A stretch of 63,644 bases of DNA, filler included, from Octopus bimaculoides (taxonomy: Eukaryota): the NCBI RefSeq assembly GCF_001194135.2. It is 8 parts of 8 records of this genome, joined end to end, with 100 filler letters (N's around TTAATTAATTAA, not from the genome) between each part and the next. Parts side by side here need not be neighbours in the genome. Positions count along the whole stretch, not along the records: positions 57,660 to 62,366 come from NC_068983.1; positions 62,467 to 63,644 come from NC_068981.1; 6 more parts are not named here. One strand, given 5' to 3'. The stretch's first letter is position 1, and each line of letters starts with the position of its first letter. Positions 58,780 through 63,644 of this stretch are shown in pieces. The notes beneath the pieces were generated by a model. That model was not told where the DNA came from and ran no database searches. It saw only the letters and a list, made by a program, of their open reading frames with translations. Made by a program: the position numbers and the translations under genes.

Positions 58780-58951
58780 GCCTCTTACAATATGTGGCAC
58801 TTGGTGAAGAATGGAGTTTGATTTAGCAACCCTCATTTGCACCTCCTGCCGCGAGGTAGGTTCATTTGGGACTCTCGATAGGAAGAAGTCCAGCTTTGAT
58901 TTTAAAACTCCTACATCTACTTTGTGCAGATTCCTCAGGCTCTTTGGGAGA
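58780..58951 (-). mobile_element. CR1-group LINE 3' fragment
   Basis: Homologous to about 7925-8090 (LRNLHKVDVGVLKSKLDFFLSRVPNEP..VQMRVAKSNSILHQ). Confidence 0.85.
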
Positions 58952-59793
58952 TATATATACGTATTATATATAACAGTTGTGGTGGAAGTGATACATGCTG
59001 TCCTTGTTACAGATGATGGTGATGATCATGATGATGATGATGACGACGATGATGATGATGATGATGATGACGACGATGATGATGATTGTGATGATGATGA
59101 TGATGATGATCATCATCATCATCATCATCATATTCGAGGTCACAATCCTCATTATCCTCACCATTACATCATCACCCATACCGCCATCATCATCATCAGT
59201 TGCAGCAGAAGCACCCGCAGCACCTGCAGCAGCAACAGCAGTAGCATTATCTTCCTTATTTACCTCCTTTATAATTATGTTGAACGAAAGAGATAAGGAG
59301 AGAAAGAGAGTGAAGAGATAAAGAAGCAGTTATGAAAACGAATGAAAAAGAAATAGAGCGAAAGAGACAGGAAGGGAGACAGAGGACGAGAGAAAGAGAG
59401 AGTAAGTGAGAGAGAGGGAGAGAGAGAATGGAAGAGAGAGAGAGAGAAATATCAATGTAGTGAAATTCGTTTTCTTTACAAACCTCATAACACAACGAAA
59501 GAAAACAAGAATAATAACGCAAATAAACAAACAAACAAATAGATAAATAATATATAATAAAAACGACAAAAAAAAAAAGAACAAGAGAACCAAGAAGCAA
59601 ACAAGCGATTTCTAGAATAACGATTGAAAATTCAATACAGCAAACCGGCACCAAATTTGTACTCATTCGTTCCAAAAAATCGTCTTCTACTAACGTCCAA
59701 AATATGCCATCAACTGTTTAATTTAACCAACGAAATTTGCACAGATAAAAATATAAAGCAAAACAACAAGAACAAAAGCAACACCAGAATAAA

Positions 59794-59846
<53 letters not shown>

Positions 59847-60046
59847 CACTACATCTTGTAGCCTTGTGTATTTTTGTACTTTTTGTGTATTGCGTATGTT
59901 TGGTTTTTGTAGTTAAGATGCAGGAATTTTATTGTTGCCATTTTTGGCAGAGAGAACGAGAGAGAGTGTGAGAGAGAGAGGGGGGGGTAAGAAAGAGAAA
60001 AGAGAAAGAAAGGGTGGGAAGTGGAGGGGAAAGAAGGAAGGAAGGA

Positions 60047-60086
<40 letters not shown>

Positions 60087-60325
60087 GAGTGTGAGTGTAA
60101 GAGAGAAATATTGAATGTGAAACCTTAAGATAGTCGAATTAAGCCTAGGGCTTTATTCGAAGGGACGACCCATTGCTTCGTTCAAATAGTCGTCTTGTCA
60201 TGAGAAATTGAATCCATCTTCAACAGCTATTTCCTCTCTGCAATTTTGTCTTCGCTTTTTTTCCTTTTTATTTTCATACTTATTTATTTATTTAATTCAT
60301 CTTTATTGCATGGAAATTACGTTCA

Positions 60326-60362
<37 letters not shown>

Positions 60363-60385
60363 NNNNNNNNNNNNNNNNNNNNNNN

Positions 60386-60520
60386 ATCTTTCTCTCTCTT
60401 TCTTTTGCTCTCTGGCATGATGTCTCCATCGCACTCCTCTCTTTCTCTCTCTCTCTTTGTTTTCCCTTATCAATTTTTGTCTTTCTTTTGCTCTCTCTCT
60501 GGCATGATGTCTCCATTGCA

Positions 60521-60558
<38 letters not shown>

Positions 60559-60650
60559 TCTTTACACTATTTCTCCCCTATCAATCTTTCTCTCTTTTTC
60601 TTTCTGGCATGATGTCTCCATCGCACTCCTCTCTTTCTCTCTCTCTCTTC
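60386..60650. repeat. VNTR: tctggcatgatgtctccatYgcactcc core x3 with variable (CT)n
   Basis: Cores at 60411, 60498 and 60603 (periods 87 and 105 bp). Confidence 0.85.
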
Positions 60651-60796
60651 ACACATACATAAAGACTCACTTTATTGGAAAACCTTACTCTCTACACCAC
60701 ATTTACTGTCTTTCTATTTTCTTTCCCATTTTTCCTTTCTCTTTCTCTGTTAACCAGGTTTACTCTATATATCTAATTCTCTTTCCATCTTTTACT

Positions 60797-61165
60797 CTTT
60801 TACACGTTTCAGTCATTTGACTACGGCCATGCTGGATCACTGCTTTTATTCGAAGAAATTGACCGACTTGTAAGCCTAGTACGTATTCTATCGGCCTCTT
60901 TTGTCGAACCGCTGAGTTTTGGGACATAAGCACACCAACATCGGTTATCAAGCGATGGTGGGGGCGGGACAAACACAAGCACAAAGACACACGCACAAAT
61001 ACAAATATACACGACAGGCTTCTTTCAGTTTCCGTCTACCAAATCCACTCACAAGGCTTTGGTCGGCCCTATGCAATAGTAGAAGACACTTGCCGAAGGT
61101 GCCACATAGCGAAACTGAACCCGGAACCATGTGGTTGAGAAGCAAGCTCCTTATCACACAACCAC
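60797..61165 (-). mobile_element. SINE family C
   Basis: Homologous to 17420-17822, with CpGs retained. Confidence 0.85.
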
Positions 61166-61290
61166 GCCTTTTCATCTTTTTATCCTCCCTTTTCTTTTAA
61201 ACCTTCTCTCTGTTATGTCACCTCTCCACTTATCGCTCTATCAGGCTCTCTTTCTCTACACTTCTTTCTCACTCTTTCTCTCTCTCTCTC

Positions 61291-61322
<32 letters not shown>

Positions 61323-61367
61323 AATGTATCTGCCTTTCAACGCACTTACAAGCATCTCACTATAAAT

Positions 61368-61406
<39 letters not shown>

Positions 61407-61571
61407 TTATTTCAATGACCGTCTCTCCCATCTTGTTCGCGTTCTCTTTTAATCGCTCCTTTTGCTCATCCATTGAGCTCTTTTTCTCTCACCACTTTTC
61501 TCTGTGCCTCATGCCTTCATTGAAATGGTTGCATTTTCATCTCTACTGAATAATTTTTATTGTGGTTCATT

Positions 61572-61950
61572 TCGTGCTTCCCAACCACATGGTTCCAAGT
61601 TCAGTTCCACTGCGTGACACCTTCGGCAAGTGTTTTCTGGTAATACCTCGGGCTGAACAAAGCCATGTGAGTGGTTTTGTTTGACGGAAACTGAAAGAAG
61701 CTTGTCGTATATATATGTACGTATATTTATGTGTGTGTGTGTGTCTGTGCTTGTGTTTGTCTCCCACCATCGCTTGGCAACCAGAGTTGGTGTGTTTACT
61801 TCCCCGTAACTTAACGGTTCAGCAAAAGAGACCGATGGAATAAGAACTAGGCTTGATAAAGACGTCCTGGAGTCGATTTCTTCAACTAAAACCCTTCAAG
61901 GCTGTGCCACAGTATGGCCGCAGTGAAATGACCGAAGGAAATAAAAGATA
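61572..61950 (+). mobile_element. SINE family C
   Basis: gcttcccaaccacatggttcc..gaaactgaaagaagc..catcgcttggcaacc..gcagtgaaatgaccgaa. It is inverted relative to the 60797 copy, about 400 bp away. Confidence 0.85.
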
Positions 61951-62366
61951 AAACATGCGATTCCTAATAATATTCAATTATAAAAGTATGAGGGGACTTT
62001 TTTTAAGCATCGAATGTTTATTAGGGTCCAGCTGACTAAAACAGCAATCAAAGGGGTCCAAAAGGGAAAAAAGGGTCAAGGAACACAGAGAGCATTGCAC
62101 CAGAACGAATACAGACATCCATCTTCCTTCCTTCCTTCTTTTCTTTCTTCTTTTCTTCCTTTCTTCTTTCCTTCCTTCCTTACTTCCTTCCTTATTTTCT
62201 TCCTTCCTTCCTTCTTTTCTTTCTTCTTTTCTTCCTTTCTTCTTTCCTTCCTTCCTTCCTTCCTTCTTTTCTTTCTTCTTTTCTTCCTTTCTTCTTTCCT
62301 TCCTTCCTTCCTTCCTTCTTTTCTTTCATCTTTTCTTCCTCTCATCTTTCCTTGCTTCCTTACTTC

Positions 62367-62466
62367 NNNNNNNNNNNNNNNNNNNNNNNNNNNNNNNNNN
62401 NNNNNNNNNNTTAATTAATTAANNNNNNNNNNNNNNNNNNNNNNNNNNNNNNNNNNNNNNNNNNNN
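62367..62466. other. artificial 100-bp contig-join spacer
   Basis: 44 N + TTAATTAATTAA + 44 N. Confidence 0.95.
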
Positions 62467-62639
62467 AAAAAAAAAAAAAAAAACTCACCAAACCTTGTTT
62501 CCAGATATTTTCGTAGTTTTTGCACGCTGTAAGAATTTTTTTTTTTATGTATGACATAAAATATTCATTTCTACTTTACCTGATATAATTCCCCTCAAAT
62601 TTAGTTTTACTTGAAACAAGGTGCTTCTGTGACAAGCTG

Positions 62640-63170
62640 TTGTTATATGGTACGCAAAAGGGAAAACAAGTGATTTTTTTTTATCCTATTATACATTTCT
62701 TTAATAAAAAAAATATTCCTTTTATACATTTTAAACGACTGAAAATGTCTCTATCTTTTCAAAATTTTAATTTCCTTTTTCACACATGCACTTGTGGTGT
62801 TTGGCTTTTTCTTCATAGTGAAAATGCAATAAAGGAGAGAAAAGAGAAGTGTTTGGCTATGTTTTAAACTGAGTGACTAATTTGCTCTTTTTATATTCGT
62901 TTGTGGGAAGTCGCATTGCTTTTGTTTGGTACGGCGTCGCTTATTGTGTAAGGGTTGTTTCTCCAGATTTCCCGGTGCTGGTTTCGACTTCTCGCGTATG
63001 GCGCATTGAGATATCGTGCATTTAAGAAATAAACTGCACTTTACATGACAAAAACCTTTCCGGTTTTTTTAGTTCCTCTGCTTTAACAGAACTTTTCCCA
63101 CAGTTGTAATGCGAAATTTTCCATCCATCGCACCGACGTTATTGGATTTAGTTTGTTTTGTGGGGAGAGC
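62640..63170 (-). mobile_element. possible highly decayed mariner remnant
   Basis: ENFALQLWEKFC*SRGTKKPERFLSCKVQFIS*MHD..RHT resembles the mariner Y..QL..L...KRP....V.FLHDNAP.HT segment. The match is weak. Confidence 0.3.
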
Positions 63171-63209
63171 TTCTTAGCGTACATCCATGTTGTTATTTAG
63201 ACCCTTATG

Positions 63210-63258
<49 letters not shown>

Positions 63259-63644
63259 GTAGCAGCAGCAAAAATAGAAGAGTACCATTGTTATCAAGTG
63301 AACGATACTTCGACATCTCGTGTATCTTCCACAGGTTAAAAAAAAAAATTCCTCAATTTACTTCATTTTGGTTATTATGAGTGAGGGAGCAGTGCATGCC
63401 ATCAAAGTGACACTGGAGTAAAATATACAAATCCCATTATACCCATCATGACTACCCATCTGATAAGGGTGCACCAGGCACATGTATCACAACCACATGT
63501 GTCCGACAAGGTAATCTTATAATACCAAGATAAACAGCGCATGACCTTGCAGGTGGAACCCAGTAAGAATTTTCTTCAGGTTGAGTAACCCATCCCGCTC
63601 AAATGGTTCCTGAATTAGGGTTGTTTAAGGATGTTGAGCAAAAC

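Noticed and set aside
792-62418. Many ORFs of YI/CV/HT, poly-M/D/H/S/L, ER or KE composition, and long ORFs running through X
   Set aside because: They are translations of microsatellites or N gaps, not proteins.

Overview
AT-rich, microsatellite-saturated animal genomic DNA with many N gaps. The SINE/LINE families and (TA)n/(CA)n/(CAT)n load suggest an octopus; this is inferred from recalled repeat families, not from a database hit. Seven identical 100-bp spacers (44 N + TTAATTAATTAA + 44 N) split the window into 8 computationally joined pieces, so adjacency across them is unproven. The only confidently recognisable host coding sequence is one 213-nt exon of WDR35/IFT121 (33180-33392, +). 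The rest is mostly mobile DNA: tRNA-derived SINEs; RTE, CR1, Tx1/L1, R4/Dong and Hero LINE fragments; Penelope-like element (PLE) RT fragments; mariner and Tc1 relics; and MITEs. The most interesting signals are: (i) six minimal type-I hammerhead-ribozyme folds from several unrelated families, all with a palindromic or near-palindromic stem III, including a tail-to-tail pair and a 106-bp-arm foldback carrying two; (ii) an RTE LINE C-terminus with three tandem C2H2 zinc fingers; (iii) a CpG-decay and repeat-orientation footprint marking about 14.7-34.1 kb as a probable methylated + strand gene body; (iv) several unexplained hairpins and tandem arrays. No CRISPR, rRNA or true tRNA gene was seen. 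Boundaries of degraded elements are approximate.
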